Of a stretch of 64,000 nucleotides of DNA, positions 46,771-56,905 are shown one piece after another. Position numbers and translations under genes: made by a program. The first letter of the stretch is position 1, and each line of letters opens with the position of its first letter. Under the pieces are notes generated by a model. It was not told the DNA's origin. It was given only the letters and a program-made list of their open reading frames with translations, and ran no database searches. The stretch comes from Sedimentisphaerales bacterium (GTDB lineage Bacteria > Planctomycetota > Phycisphaerae > Sedimentisphaerales > Anaerobacaceae). The stretch covers positions 800,001 to 864,000 of the forward strand of contig JAXGYC010000007.1 of the NCBI GenBank assembly GCA_040772485.1. The letters run 5' to 3'.

Positions 46771-48870
46771 TCACTTCTCTACACTAATTCTGGCGTCTAC
46801 GGCAATGGGCGTGGTGCCCGGAAGGCCCACGACGTACGGATTGATGTCCATCTCCTGAATCTGAGGGAACTCCGTCACCAACTGGCTGAGCCGCTGGAGT
46901 CCCTCGGCAATCACTTCGATATCCACACCCTCCTGGCCTCGCACCCCTTTGAGGAGCTGATATGTCTTGGTGTTCACCAGCATCTGCTTCGCTTCGTCTT
47001 CCGTCAGAGGAGCCAGGTAGAATGCCACATCCTTGAGGACCTCGACCATGATCCCGCCCATGCCGAACATCATCAGCGGGCCGAAATGCGGATCGCGATG
47101 CATGCCGAGGATGACCTCCCGGCCGCTGGAACACATCTCCTGGACCAGCACACCAAGGATATGGGCCTTCGGCATCTTCTTCGGGATGCGGTACATCATC
47201 AGATCGAATGCGTCCTTGACCTCCTGGGCGCTCTTGAGTCCGACCTTGACCCCGCCGACGTCGGACTTGTGCACGATGTCGGGCGACCAGATCTTCAGCA
47301 CGACCGGATAGCCAAGCTGCTCGGCAATGTTGGCCGCCTGCTCGGGCGTCGTGGCGATCGAGCCGTTGGGCGTCGCAAAGCCATAGGCCTCCAGAATCTC
47401 CTTGGATTCCGCCTCGCCGATCTCCCGGGCGCCGTGCCGCAGATGTCTCTCGATGATGCTCTCAACCTTGCGACGGTTCACCGGGAACAGCCGCACGACG
47501 CGTTTCGGTCGGGCGCGCCATCGAACGTAGTCCGCCATCGCCTTGATCGTGGCCACGGCCGCTTCCGGGGAATCATACTGCGGAACCTTGGCCTCTCGGA
47601 ATACCTTGACGCCCTCCTCGACCTTGCTGGCGCCCATGAAGCACGCGAGAATCGGCTTGTCGGGCTTGCGTCGGGACATCCTGACGATGGCCTCGGCCGT
47701 CTCTTTGGCTTCGGTCATGGCCTGTGGCGTCAGAAGGATCAATACCGTCTCCACATTCGGATCGTCGAGGAGCACGTCCAGCGCAAACTCATAGCGGTCC
47801 GCCAATGCGTCGCCGAGTACATCCACGGGATTGTGGAAGTTCGCGGCGGGCGGCAGTTTGGTCTTCAGCTTCTCGATCGTCTCGGAACCGAGCTTGGCGA
47901 AGGTCAGCCCCTCTCGTTCGATCGCATCGGCCGCCATGATGCCGGCGCCGCCGGCATTCGTCAAAATCACCACGCTGGGGCCTTTGGGCAGCGGCTGATT
48001 GGCGAACGCCTGGGCAAAGTCGAATTGCTGCGTGATGGAGTCGCAGCGAATGACCCCGGCCCGCGTGAACATGGCCTCATAGGCCACCTCGCTGCCGGCC
48101 AGCGACCCGGTGTGCGACGACGCCGCCTTGGCGCCCGCTGCGGTCCCCCCGGACTTCATCAGGAGGATCGGCTTCTCATGGGAGATCTGCTCGGCGGCAT
48201 GGACGAACGCGTTTCCGTCCTTGATGTTCTCGAGATATCCGGCGATGACTGTGGTGTTGGGGTCCTCCGCCAGCGCTTCGACCAGATCCAACTCATCAAC
48301 GTCCGCTTTGTTGCCGATGCTGAACAGGCTGCTGAAGCCAATGCCGTTGGCCTTGGCGGTGTCGAGAATGGCCGCCAGCAGTGCGCCGGACTGGGACAGG
48401 TAACCGATCCCCCCGACCTCGGGCAGGTCCCCTCCGAAACTGGCGTTCAGCTTCGAAGCTGTCACGGTCACCCCCAAGCAGTTCGGTCCGATGATCCGAA
48501 TGCCCGCCCGACGCGCCACACGCACCACCTCGTCTTCGAGTTTCTTGCCTTCTTCCCCGATCTCTTTGAAGCCGGCCGTGATGATGATCACCGCCTTGGT
48601 CCCGATCTTGGCGCACTCTTCTATGACACCGAGCACGAACTTGGCCGGGACAATGACGATCACCAGTTCCGGCGTCTCGCCGATCGAGGTCAGGTCCGGA
48701 TAGCACTTGAGGCCTTCGACCGAATCCGTGCTCCGGTTGACGGGCCATATTTTCCCCGCGAAACCCGACGAGATCATGTTGATCAGAATCTCGTATCCGA
48801 CTTTGCCCTTCTGCCGTGAGGCCCCCACGATAGCGACGGATTTCGGAGAAAAGAAGCTTTTGAGACTCAT
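46771..48870 (-). CDS. ADP-forming acetate--CoA ligase, alpha-beta fusion (AcdAB-like)
   Basis: FSPKSVAIVGAS, IITAGFKE, RIIGPNCLG, SQSGA, ASSHTGSLAG, TNAGGAGI, NPVDVLGD, ATP-grasp HKSDVGGV and DINP. Start set at MSLKS. Confidence 0.92.
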   Translation of the reverse strand: MSLKSFFSPKSVAIVGASRQKGKVGYEILINMISSGFAGKIWPVNRSTDSVEGLKCYPDLTSIGETPELVIVIVPAKFVLGVIEECAKIGTKAVIIITAGFKEIGEEGKKLEDEVVRVARRAGIRIIGPNCLGVTVTASKLNASFGGDLPEVGGIGYLSQSGALLAAILDTAKANGIGFSSLFSIGNKADVDELDLVEALAEDPNTTVIAGYLENIKDGNAFVHAAEQISHEKPILLMKSGGTAAGAKAASSHTGSLAGSEVAYEAMFTRAGVIRCDSITQQFDFAQAFANQPLPKGPSVVILTNAGGAGIMAADAIEREGLTFAKLGSETIEKLKTKLPPAANFHNPVDVLGDALADRYEFALDVLLDDPNVETVLILLTPQAMTEAKETAEAIVRMSRRKPDKPILACFMGASKVEEGVKVFREAKVPQYDSPEAAVATIKAMADYVRWRARPKRVVRLFPVNRRKVESIIERHLRHGAREIGEAESKEILEAYGFATPNGSIATTPEQAANIAEQLGYPVVLKIWSPDIVHKSDVGGVKVGLKSAQEVKDAFDLMMYRIPKKMPKAHILGVLVQEMCSSGREVILGMHRDPHFGPLMMFGMGGIMVEVLKDVAFYLAPLTEDEAKQMLVNTKTYQLLKGVRGQEGVDIEVIAEGLQRLSQLVTEFPQIQEMDINPYVVGLPGTTPIAVDARISVEK

Positions 48871-49013
48871 CTGGTGGAATGTCCTTTCTTGAGCTACGTG
48901 GTTCCCTGCAAAAAGGATTGATTGTATGGCGTGCGCCCCCTGTCTGCAACAGTTTTCCAACGAACGAGCACGGAAAACTGCCAACCGGGTTCGATTCTCT
49001 GCTGTCGGCGAAT

Positions 49014-49913
49014 CTACTTCCGAAAGGCAGGCAAATCGGGCTCGATGTGGACCGTGAGATTGACCGGGCAGGCCATCTCCCGATCCAGGGTTTCTTCCAG
49101 TCTCTCGGAGATCTCGTGCGCCTCGGCCACGTTCAACTCCGGGTCGACCAGGATATGGACATCGAGAAACAGCTCCCGCCCCACCGTGCGACTGCGCAGC
49201 CGGTGCCACTGGCGGACCCCGTGATGGCCGTCGATCACCTTCATGACCTGCTCGACCGTCTGCGGATCGACTGCCCCTTCCGTCAGTTCCCGCAGCGAGT
49301 CTCCGATGATCTTGACGCCCACAAGAATGATCATCAGTCCGACCGCAATGGCCGCCACCTGATCGCCGTGATCGAATCCGACGTACAACGCCGCGTAGCC
49401 GATCAGCACGGCAACTGAACTGAGCGCATCGCTGCGATGATGCCAGGCGTTGGCATAAAGTGCTGTGCTGTGGGATCTTACAGCAACACGTCTCGTGGCC
49501 TGATAGAGGACCTCTTTCGCCAGGATCGACAGCACCGCCACGGCCAGAACGGGCCAGTGAGGCACTACCGCCTCATTCCTGGTGATCGCCAGCGTGGCAT
49601 AGTAGATCATCGTCCCGCCGACGAGGATCAGCACGACCGCAACGAGAACGGCGGAGAACGTCTCCAGCCGGCCGTGTCCATATGGGTGCGTCTTGTCCGG
49701 CTTCCTGGCCCCCAGATACAGGCCGAGCAGAACCGCCAGATCGGTCACCAGATCGCTGAGCGAATGAATCCCGTCGGCAACCATCGCCAGAGAGGAAAAG
49801 ACCAGCCCGACCGCGACCTTGACGACCGAGAGGGCAACGTTCACCGCCATGCCCAGATAGGTAATCCACCGAATCTGCCGGACAGCCGCATCGTTCTTGT
49901 CGTTGACTGCCAC
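49014..49913 (-). CDS. Cation diffusion facilitator (CDF) transporter
   Basis: ADGIHSLSD, HPYGHGRLE, NAWHHRSDALSS, DVHI, AHEI, VHIEP. GTG start inferred. Confidence 0.92.
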   Translation of the reverse strand: MAVNDKNDAAVRQIRWITYLGMAVNVALSVVKVAVGLVFSSLAMVADGIHSLSDLVTDLAVLLGLYLGARKPDKTHPYGHGRLETFSAVLVAVVLILVGGTMIYYATLAITRNEAVVPHWPVLAVAVLSILAKEVLYQATRRVAVRSHSTALYANAWHHRSDALSSVAVLIGYAALYVGFDHGDQVAAIAVGLMIILVGVKIIGDSLRELTEGAVDPQTVEQVMKVIDGHHGVRQWHRLRSRTVGRELFLDVHILVDPELNVAEAHEISERLEETLDREMACPVNLTVHIEPDLPAFRK

Positions 49914-49917
49914 CGGT

Positions 49918-51288
49918 CTACCCCAGTGCGGACTCGCGAATCTCCGAGACCGCGTCAATGTACCGCCGTGCCGCAGCCTCGTCCCTGGCCTCGACGATAA
50001 TGCGCATGACAGGCTCGGTGTTGCTGGTGCGCAGATGCACCCAGCCGTCGTCGAAGTCGAAACGGCACCCGTCGGACGTGTCCATCGCCGCGCCGGCAAA
50101 CCGCTGCTTCGTTTGAGCGATGATGCGCTCCGCCTGGCCCGCATCAGCAGCGAATTTGTCCTTGTGCATGTAGTAGCTGCCGATCTGGCGCACCTGTTGG
50201 CTCACCGTCTGGCCCGTCTGGGCCATCAGTTGCAGAACCAGCGCCATCGCCACAAGACTGTCGCGAATCGGCCCCACGCGAAGATCAATGACCCCCCCGT
50301 TTCCCTCGCCGCCGATGATGCAATCATTTGCCAGCATGGCGCCGGCGACGTTGGCCTCTCCCACCGGCGTACGTATGACGCGGCCGCCGGCGGCCTTGGC
50401 GACGTCGTCGATCATGCGGGAGGTGGACAGATTTGCCGCCGCCGTGCCCGTGCGGGAGGAATACACATGCTTTGCGGCCAGCGTCAGCGTGTACTCCTCA
50501 CCGATGTAGAGGCCGTTCTCGTCGACGATCGCCAGCCGGTCGGCGTCCGGGTCCTGCGCAAAGCCCACATCGGCTCCGGCCTGCCTGACCCGCTCGCACA
50601 GGCCGCCCAAGTTGGCAGCGGTCGGCTCAGGCTCGTGCGCGAACAGCCCCGTCGGCTCATCGTTCATCGCCACGATCTCACAACCCAGCTCGGTCAGCAG
50701 TCTCTTCGCCACAGGCGCACCGGCTCCGTTGACACTGTCCAGCGCGATCTTGTACCTGCGGCGCGCAACTTGTTGTGATTGCACGACCGCTAACACCTTC
50801 TGCACGTGGATGCGATCCGTCTCGGAATTGACGGCGACCCTTCCGCATTGGGCAGAGCCGGCAAACGCGAATCTCTTGTCGAAGAAACGCCGGCGAATCT
50901 GCGCTGCGGTTTCCGGCGGCGGCGCCATGCCGTTGTCCAGAAGCAGCTTGATCCCGTTGTAGGCAAGCGGGTTGTGCGACGCCGTGATGATAACGCCGCC
51001 CCGGCAACCGAGATGGCGCAGCATGATGCCGACCCCTGGGGTCGTCACCAGGCCCAAGTCAATCGCCTCAACGCCGACCGCACACAGACCAGCCATAACC
51101 GCCGAAGCGAGCATCTGGCCGCTGACGCGGGAATCCCGTCCGACGCAGACGGAAGGCCGTGGCCCACCGGCCCCCCCTTTCAGGAAGCTGCCAAAGGCAC
51201 AACCGTACTCGGCGGCGATTGCCGGCGTGAGATTCTCACCGACAATGCCACGCATCCCGCTGACGCTGATGATGAGTTCCTCGGCCAT
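49918..51288 (-). CDS. Phosphohexomutase (GlmM/PGM-PMM family)
   Basis: SVSGMRG, TASHNP, DPDADR, GGEGNGG, RTSNTEP. Confidence 0.92.
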   Translation of the reverse strand: MAEELIISVSGMRGIVGENLTPAIAAEYGCAFGSFLKGGAGGPRPSVCVGRDSRVSGQMLASAVMAGLCAVGVEAIDLGLVTTPGVGIMLRHLGCRGGVIITASHNPLAYNGIKLLLDNGMAPPPETAAQIRRRFFDKRFAFAGSAQCGRVAVNSETDRIHVQKVLAVVQSQQVARRRYKIALDSVNGAGAPVAKRLLTELGCEIVAMNDEPTGLFAHEPEPTAANLGGLCERVRQAGADVGFAQDPDADRLAIVDENGLYIGEEYTLTLAAKHVYSSRTGTAAANLSTSRMIDDVAKAAGGRVIRTPVGEANVAGAMLANDCIIGGEGNGGVIDLRVGPIRDSLVAMALVLQLMAQTGQTVSQQVRQIGSYYMHKDKFAADAGQAERIIAQTKQRFAGAAMDTSDGCRFDFDDGWVHLRTSNTEPVMRIIVEARDEAAARRYIDAVSEIRESALG

Positions 51289-51382
51289 GATATCCATTCT
51301 CTGGCAATACCGTCCACGCGCCGCTCACAAGCGTCGAGAGGGCATTGCGGCATCCGTGCTTGTGGGTCGCCGACTGGGGTCT

Positions 51383-52969
51383 CTACAGCGTACAGACGTA
51401 GATCTCGTTGACGAAGTCGAGCTTTGTAAGCTCTGCGACAGCGTCATCGCTCGGCTCTTTGTCGAGGCTCACCGCCAGGATGGCCTTATGCTCTTCCAGC
51501 TTCTGGCCGACGCCCATGGTGCCGATGTTGATGCGGTGCTTTCCGCAGACCGTTCCGACCGCCCCGATGACACCCGGCTTGTCGTCGTTGAAGATGACCA
51601 GCACCGCTCCCTGCGGCGTCATTTCGATGTTGAATCCGTCGATCTCGATGATGCGCAGCAGCCGCTCACCGAACACGGAGCCCGTCACAGTTCGAGTGAC
51701 TTTCGTTGTGACGACCTTCGCACTGAAGCTCGAGGCAACGTCCTTGGCCTCGCTGTTCTTGGTCTCGTCGGTGTTGATGCCGCGTTCCTTGGCGAGCACG
51801 GGCGTGTTGACCATATTCAGGGGCATCTCAAAATGCTTCTGAAGCAGCCCCATCAGGAAGCCGAGGGTCATCGGCTGGACGTCCATTTCCGCAACCGTTC
51901 CACGATACTGGACTTCGATGCCTTTGATATTGCCCGGAGCGATCGTGCTGAGCAGCGCCCCAACACGGCGGGCCAGCTCGGCATAGCGGCGGACCATCGG
52001 CGGCACAGCACCGGCTGTCGAGGGCGCGTTGATCGCGTTCTTGATCGGACCGCCCTTGATGGCATCGAGAAGGATCTCCGCCGCCTCGACTGCCACCTCC
52101 ACCTGCGCTTCCTCCGTGCTGGCGCCCAGGTGCGGGGTCACCAGGCAGTTGCCCAGCTCGGCGAAGCGGATGTTCACAGGGGGTTCGCTCGAGAACACGT
52201 CGAGGGCCGCCCCGGCAATTCGCTTGGCCGCCAGGGCGTCGTACAGGGCTTCCTCATTGATGATACCGCCACGGGCGCAGTTGACCAGACGCACGGTCGG
52301 CTTCATCATCTCGATCTGCTTGGCCCCGATCATGTTGAGCGTCTGCTCGTTCTTGGGAACATGAAGGCTGATGAAATCGGACTCCCTGAAGATCCGCTCG
52401 ATATCATCCGTCACCTCGACCCCCTTCTGCTGCGCATCTTTCGGCGCCGCCAGCGGATCGAATCCGAGCACCTTCATGTTGAATCCGCGGGCCATCTGGG
52501 CCACGGCCATACCGATCCGCCCGAGGCCGATCAGGCCCAGGACCTTGCGGTTGAGCTGATTTCCGGTGTATTTCTTGCGGTCCCAGGCCCCGGATTTGAG
52601 ACTGTTGCAGGCGGGGACCACGTTCCGGCTCATGGCCAACATCAAAGCCACCGTGTGCTCGGCGGCGCTGAGCGTATTGCCCCCGGGCGTGTTCATCACG
52701 AGGATTCCCTTGCGGGTCGCTTCCTTGACGTCGATATTGTCCACCCCCACGCCGGCCCGGGCGACGCCCTTGAGCTTGCCCGGATTGGCCAGAACCTTCG
52801 CCGTGACTTTGGTGTCGCTGCGAACGATCAGTCCGTCATACTCGCCGATGATGGAAGCGAGTTCATCCTCGCTGATCCCCGTCTTGACGACGGCCTCGAC
52901 GCCGTCGGCCGCGTTGATGATATCGATCCCCTCCCGGGCCAGTTTGTCCGAAATCAACACTTTCATCAT
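51383..52969 (-). CDS. serA: D-3-phosphoglycerate dehydrogenase
   Basis: RAGVGVDNID, NTPGGN..SAAEHT, GLGRIG, NCARGG, TPHLGASTEEAQ; C-terminal ACT domain DKPGVIG. Confidence 0.96.
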   Translation of the reverse strand: MMKVLISDKLAREGIDIINAADGVEAVVKTGISEDELASIIGEYDGLIVRSDTKVTAKVLANPGKLKGVARAGVGVDNIDVKEATRKGILVMNTPGGNTLSAAEHTVALMLAMSRNVVPACNSLKSGAWDRKKYTGNQLNRKVLGLIGLGRIGMAVAQMARGFNMKVLGFDPLAAPKDAQQKGVEVTDDIERIFRESDFISLHVPKNEQTLNMIGAKQIEMMKPTVRLVNCARGGIINEEALYDALAAKRIAGAALDVFSSEPPVNIRFAELGNCLVTPHLGASTEEAQVEVAVEAAEILLDAIKGGPIKNAINAPSTAGAVPPMVRRYAELARRVGALLSTIAPGNIKGIEVQYRGTVAEMDVQPMTLGFLMGLLQKHFEMPLNMVNTPVLAKERGINTDETKNSEAKDVASSFSAKVVTTKVTRTVTGSVFGERLLRIIEIDGFNIEMTPQGAVLVIFNDDKPGVIGAVGTVCGKHRINIGTMGVGQKLEEHKAILAVSLDKEPSDDAVAELTKLDFVNEIYVCTL

Positions 52970-53005
52970 ACACAGCACTCCCGCAACTGTCCATTGTCCG
53001 TACGG

Positions 53006-53479
53006 CTAACCAGTACTCTGCGCCGCGAAGGCTCGGGCCAGTGTTACCGCCCAGCCGGCAGCCAGAACCACGAGCAAAACCAAGATCCAGTACGCAACCT
53101 TCGTCTCGTGCAAGAGACGATCGAAGACCTTGAAATATATCCCAAGGACCGCCGTTAGAAAAGCCAAAAATGCCGTCAACACGAGGACGCTGCACAGAAA
53201 CGCGGCGGCCGGCTGAATGTAAAACGCATCCAACAATTGCCCTCGCGCAAAGGCGAGCACGGAGGTCGTCATGCCACAGGCCGGACAGGGCCATCCCGTC
53301 CGCTGCCTGAAACCGCACGGGTTGAAAAGCAGCCCGAAGTCGAAACCACGTCGCTGAAGGACCCACAGGCCCGCGAAGAGCGAGAGAATCGACAACGATA
53401 TCCCCAAGGCCACACGGCGCTCCGAAGCCGTTGCGCGACGGGTGAGTTTGGCGGCATTTGCCGATTGGCGTGTCAGCAT
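53006..53479 (-). CDS. DUF2752-family membrane protein
   Basis: PCGFRQRTGWPCPACGMTTS motif plus TM helices. Confidence 0.85.
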   Translation of the reverse strand: MLTRQSANAAKLTRRATASERRVALGISLSILSLFAGLWVLQRRGFDFGLLFNPCGFRQRTGWPCPACGMTTSVLAFARGQLLDAFYIQPAAAFLCSVLVLTAFLAFLTAVLGIYFKVFDRLLHETKVAYWILVLLVVLAAGWAVTLARAFAAQSTG

Positions 53480-53488
53480 AGCGACAGT

Positions 53489-53517
53489 AGAATAGAAGGA
53501 GTCAACACCCCTGTCAA
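53489..53517 (-). promoter_or_regulatory. Sigma70-type promoter immediately upstream of the DUF2752 start
   Basis: Minus strand TTGACA-N17-TATTCT, 9 nt before the ATG. Confidence 0.6.
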
Positions 53518-53540
53518 CGATAACGAAGAGGTAGCCCGGT

Positions 53541-54356
53541 ATGTGCTTGGAACAGCAGGCGTTAAGCCAGATTCTCGAGACAGCCATTGTCGCCGCCCGG
53601 CTCGCGGGTCAGCGCGCGATGGAGGAAATGAACTACGTCAAGGCCACCTTGAAGAATCCGACCGAGCTGGTCACCGACGCCGACCGGCATTGCCAGCAGC
53701 TCATCGTCGACCGCATCAAGGAGAGCTTCCCCGACCACGGTTTCATCGCCGAAGAAGGTGAGCCGGGAAGGATTTTCAAGCGCGCTCCTCGCGGCGAGCC
53801 GGCCATCTGGTGGGTGATCGACCCGATCGACGGGACGAACAACTTCGCTCACGCCATTCCGATCTTCACGGTCAGCATCGGCGTCCTCCACGAGGGCCGG
53901 CCGATCGCCGGCGTCGTCTTCGACCCCGCCACCGAATCGATGTACACGGCGGTCAAAGGAGGAGAAGCCCGGCTCAACGGCCGACGCATCGAGACCGGCC
54001 AGGACGACATCGCCGCCGTAAACAGCATCGGGTTGGACAGCCACTTCGGCGACCCGCTGCCGAGCTGGGTCGCTCGCATCATTCGCCAGTCGCGATTCCG
54101 CAACTTCGGGACGACCGCGCTGCAACTGGCGTACGTGGCCGCAGGAGGATTGGTGGGCACCGTGGTCTGCACGCCGAAGCTGTGGGACATCGCCGCCGGC
54201 GTCATGATCGCGGAGGCCGCCGGAGCGGTCGCCAGTGACTGGAGGGGCAGACCCCTGTTCCCCGTGGACCTGGACAACTACGAGGGACACGCCTTCGATG
54301 TGCTCGTCGCCAACAAGAAAGTGCATCCCAGGCTCGTCGAGTGGATCGGCGCGTAG
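53541..54356 (+). CDS. Inositol monophosphatase family protein (SuhB-like)
   Basis: LVTDAD, FIAEE, WVIDPIDGTNNF, WDIAAG. Confidence 0.93.
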   Translation: MCLEQQALSQILETAIVAARLAGQRAMEEMNYVKATLKNPTELVTDADRHCQQLIVDRIKESFPDHGFIAEEGEPGRIFKRAPRGEPAIWWVIDPIDGTNNFAHAIPIFTVSIGVLHEGRPIAGVVFDPATESMYTAVKGGEARLNGRRIETGQDDIAAVNSIGLDSHFGDPLPSWVARIIRQSRFRNFGTTALQLAYVAAGGLVGTVVCTPKLWDIAAGVMIAEAAGAVASDWRGRPLFPVDLDNYEGHAFDVLVANKKVHPRLVEWIGA

Positions 54357-54359
54357 GCG

Positions 54360-56894
54360 CTATCGCGGATCGGGAACCGGATACAGCGAGACCAGTCTCG
54401 CTCTTGGATTTGCCTCGCTCGCCTGACTGCGGTCGAGGATGGCCATCATTCGCTTCTGCGGCCCGTTGACACCGATCCGCACCAGGATGTAGGCGGTGAA
54501 GACGTCGCTGCGCACCGTCACCAGATCGCTGACCCGCGTAAAGAGCACATCGCGTTCTTCAAGGTCGTCTCGGACTTCATCGGGGGTGACATCGGGGCCC
54601 GGCGGATCGTCCTCGTGCAGATTGTCGACGCCGTCGTTGTTCAGTTGCCGCATCTCCGGAACCTGCAACAATCCGGCGGCGTTTCGGAAGGGACCGTATT
54701 GCTCGCGGTGCCCCACGATGGCCTGGGCCCGCACGTACGTGGGCTGTCCGTTGGGTTGGTATTGCATCCACGGCAGTTGCGCGATCACGAACCAGGGCGC
54801 CGTGTTGATGTTGATCCGTCCCATGATGCGCGTCTCATCGGCGGCCCGGCCGTGCTCGGTCGGATCGAGGACGGTCAGGTAGTTCAGCAATTCCGCGTAA
54901 TCCGGCCTGGCGAGGTCCAGCAGCACGCCGGCCGCCGTGTCGTCGCGGGTGATGCCTGAGGCACTGGTGGCGAAGAGCATCCCCAGCTCGCCGATGTTCT
55001 TCAGCGGCCGGTTCGCCGGATGGGCCTGGATGACACCTTCATCGGGATCGACGTAATTGCCCGTGGCATGTCCAAGCCCTGGAGAATCCGTCGCGATTTC
55101 ACTCCAGAGTTTGCGGATGCACTTGCCGGGCGAGATGTCTCGCTGGAGACTGCGGGCCCCTTGGTTGGGCGCCATCCAGCCGGTCCCCACCCTCATGTGA
55201 TCGACCGTCGTCCAGGTGTCCGTCTGCTCGACGTACCGTTCGAGCGATATCCTGGCTCCCTGCGCGAAGCCGTTGGGATCGATCTGGGCCGTGGGATTGG
55301 CGTACGCGCTCGGGCGATACCCATAGCGCTGGAGGGCATCTTCCGGATCCGGATCGGAGAACCCGCTGTCGTTGAACAGCTCTGCTATCGGGTCCTCATT
55401 GAGAATAACATGAAAACGCCGCGTCCCCGACCACACCACCGGCACATGTCTGGACCCGCCGTCGTCCGTAATCGTCAGACGCCATTGGCCAGCCTGCGGA
55501 TCCCTGTCTTCGAAGTATGGCTTGAAGAGTTCGATGGCCGTCGAAGTGTGAACCACACCGGTCGCGTCCGTCACCCCGCGGTAGGCGACTTCAGAGATGT
55601 AGATGCAAGGCTGCTCAAAACCGTAGTACTGCGCACCGGAACTGCCGGGACCGGCGATGGCCGTGACCACGTCGTCGTCGTCAACGTAGTCCCGCAGGTT
55701 GGCCGCGAGCTGGGCCGAGTCGCCACTGAGGGCGTCCGCCAGGCGTCCCCCGCCGGCCAGCGCTGCGACGATGGCGTCGCGAATGGCGTTCTCATCGGCG
55801 CTGTTGACATTCACCTTCTTGCGCAACGTCACGGAACCGACCAGGATCGGCCCTGGGGTAACGATGCGGTCCATGTTGTAGGTCGTGGCCAGATGCCGGT
55901 ACGCGTAATTGGGATCGAGCGTCCCGTCGTCGCGGACCCGGGCAAACCAGCTGTCGAGCGCCTCGCCCGCCGAATCCACAGGCGTGGAGATCGTACGGGG
56001 CTTGAAGCGTCCCCACGTTTCGATGCGCGCGTCGATGTCCGCGTGATTGAGCAGGAACCGATAGCGCAACTCCAGCTCATCCGACAGATCGAATGTGCGA
56101 TACGGGCTGTTCGGATCCGATCGGCCGTATTGCCAGATCACCCACTGCTCATAACCCCTCAAGCCCTCGGTCGGATCGATTCGGCGCTCCGCCAGCAGCG
56201 CCGCCGCGTGGTTTTGCCGGTCCACCGGCGTGCTGTTACGGTCCCCCGCCAAGGCGATCACGTTGATCTGCTGGACGCTGTTTCCATCGACGCTGGCGGA
56301 GTCGGGCCGATTCGGATCGAACCAATAGCCCGTGTTGACGTTCAGCATGGCGGAGTTGTCGATGATCCGAACGGCGGCGTAGACCGGCCTGCCTCGGCTC
56401 GACGTGATGTCGGGCACCTTGAGCCACCGTGCATCTCCCACGCCGTCTCCGCTGGCGTCGGCGTTGGTCCCGGTCATATTGACGTCGATGACGTCTCGAT
56501 CGCCGATGACACGGATTCGCACGTTTCTTGCGTCGGCCGCATTGATGTCGGCGATACGACTGATCTGCCGCCAGTAGTAGTCAGAACCCGACCGATAAGG
56601 CTCCAGGTCCGCCAGCCACGCATCGTTGACATCCGGGAAATCCCAGTACTCCGGATCGTCCGAAACACCGGGTGCGTCGGCAATCAGCATCTCGCCGATC
56701 TGGGCCACCAGTGTCTCGACCGCCAAGCTGAGCTGCTGATTCTCCGTCGCCGCCGACGTGGCCATCCGGTCGATTCGCGCCGTCATGATGAACAGCACGC
56801 CCACGATCGCCAGCAGGCTCGTGAGAACCACCGTGAGGATCAACGCCGAACCCGGACGAGAGTCCGCCGAGGATTGTCTAACCCATGCCGCCAT
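54360..56894 (-). CDS. Large GspK/PilX-like minor pseudopilin
   Basis: G|SALILTVVLTSLLAIVG (no Glu5, typical of GspK/PilX); LNVNT, VNVNSA and GRININTAP HhH-type motifs; C-terminal TVRSDVFTAYI. Confidence 0.78.
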   Translation of the reverse strand: MAAWVRQSSADSRPGSALILTVVLTSLLAIVGVLFIMTARIDRMATSAATENQQLSLAVETLVAQIGEMLIADAPGVSDDPEYWDFPDVNDAWLADLEPYRSGSDYYWRQISRIADINAADARNVRIRVIGDRDVIDVNMTGTNADASGDGVGDARWLKVPDITSSRGRPVYAAVRIIDNSAMLNVNTGYWFDPNRPDSASVDGNSVQQINVIALAGDRNSTPVDRQNHAAALLAERRIDPTEGLRGYEQWVIWQYGRSDPNSPYRTFDLSDELELRYRFLLNHADIDARIETWGRFKPRTISTPVDSAGEALDSWFARVRDDGTLDPNYAYRHLATTYNMDRIVTPGPILVGSVTLRKKVNVNSADENAIRDAIVAALAGGGRLADALSGDSAQLAANLRDYVDDDDVVTAIAGPGSSGAQYYGFEQPCIYISEVAYRGVTDATGVVHTSTAIELFKPYFEDRDPQAGQWRLTITDDGGSRHVPVVWSGTRRFHVILNEDPIAELFNDSGFSDPDPEDALQRYGYRPSAYANPTAQIDPNGFAQGARISLERYVEQTDTWTTVDHMRVGTGWMAPNQGARSLQRDISPGKCIRKLWSEIATDSPGLGHATGNYVDPDEGVIQAHPANRPLKNIGELGMLFATSASGITRDDTAAGVLLDLARPDYAELLNYLTVLDPTEHGRAADETRIMGRININTAPWFVIAQLPWMQYQPNGQPTYVRAQAIVGHREQYGPFRNAAGLLQVPEMRQLNNDGVDNLHEDDPPGPDVTPDEVRDDLEERDVLFTRVSDLVTVRSDVFTAYILVRIGVNGPQKRMMAILDRSQASEANPRARLVSLYPVPDPR

Positions 56895-56905
56895 CCGTTC
56901 CCCCG

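Noticed and set aside
46771..48870. Calling this gene a Pat/YfiQ protein acetyltransferase
   Set aside because: It has no GNAT domain of its own and keeps both catalytic histidines; the GNAT is on the next gene.
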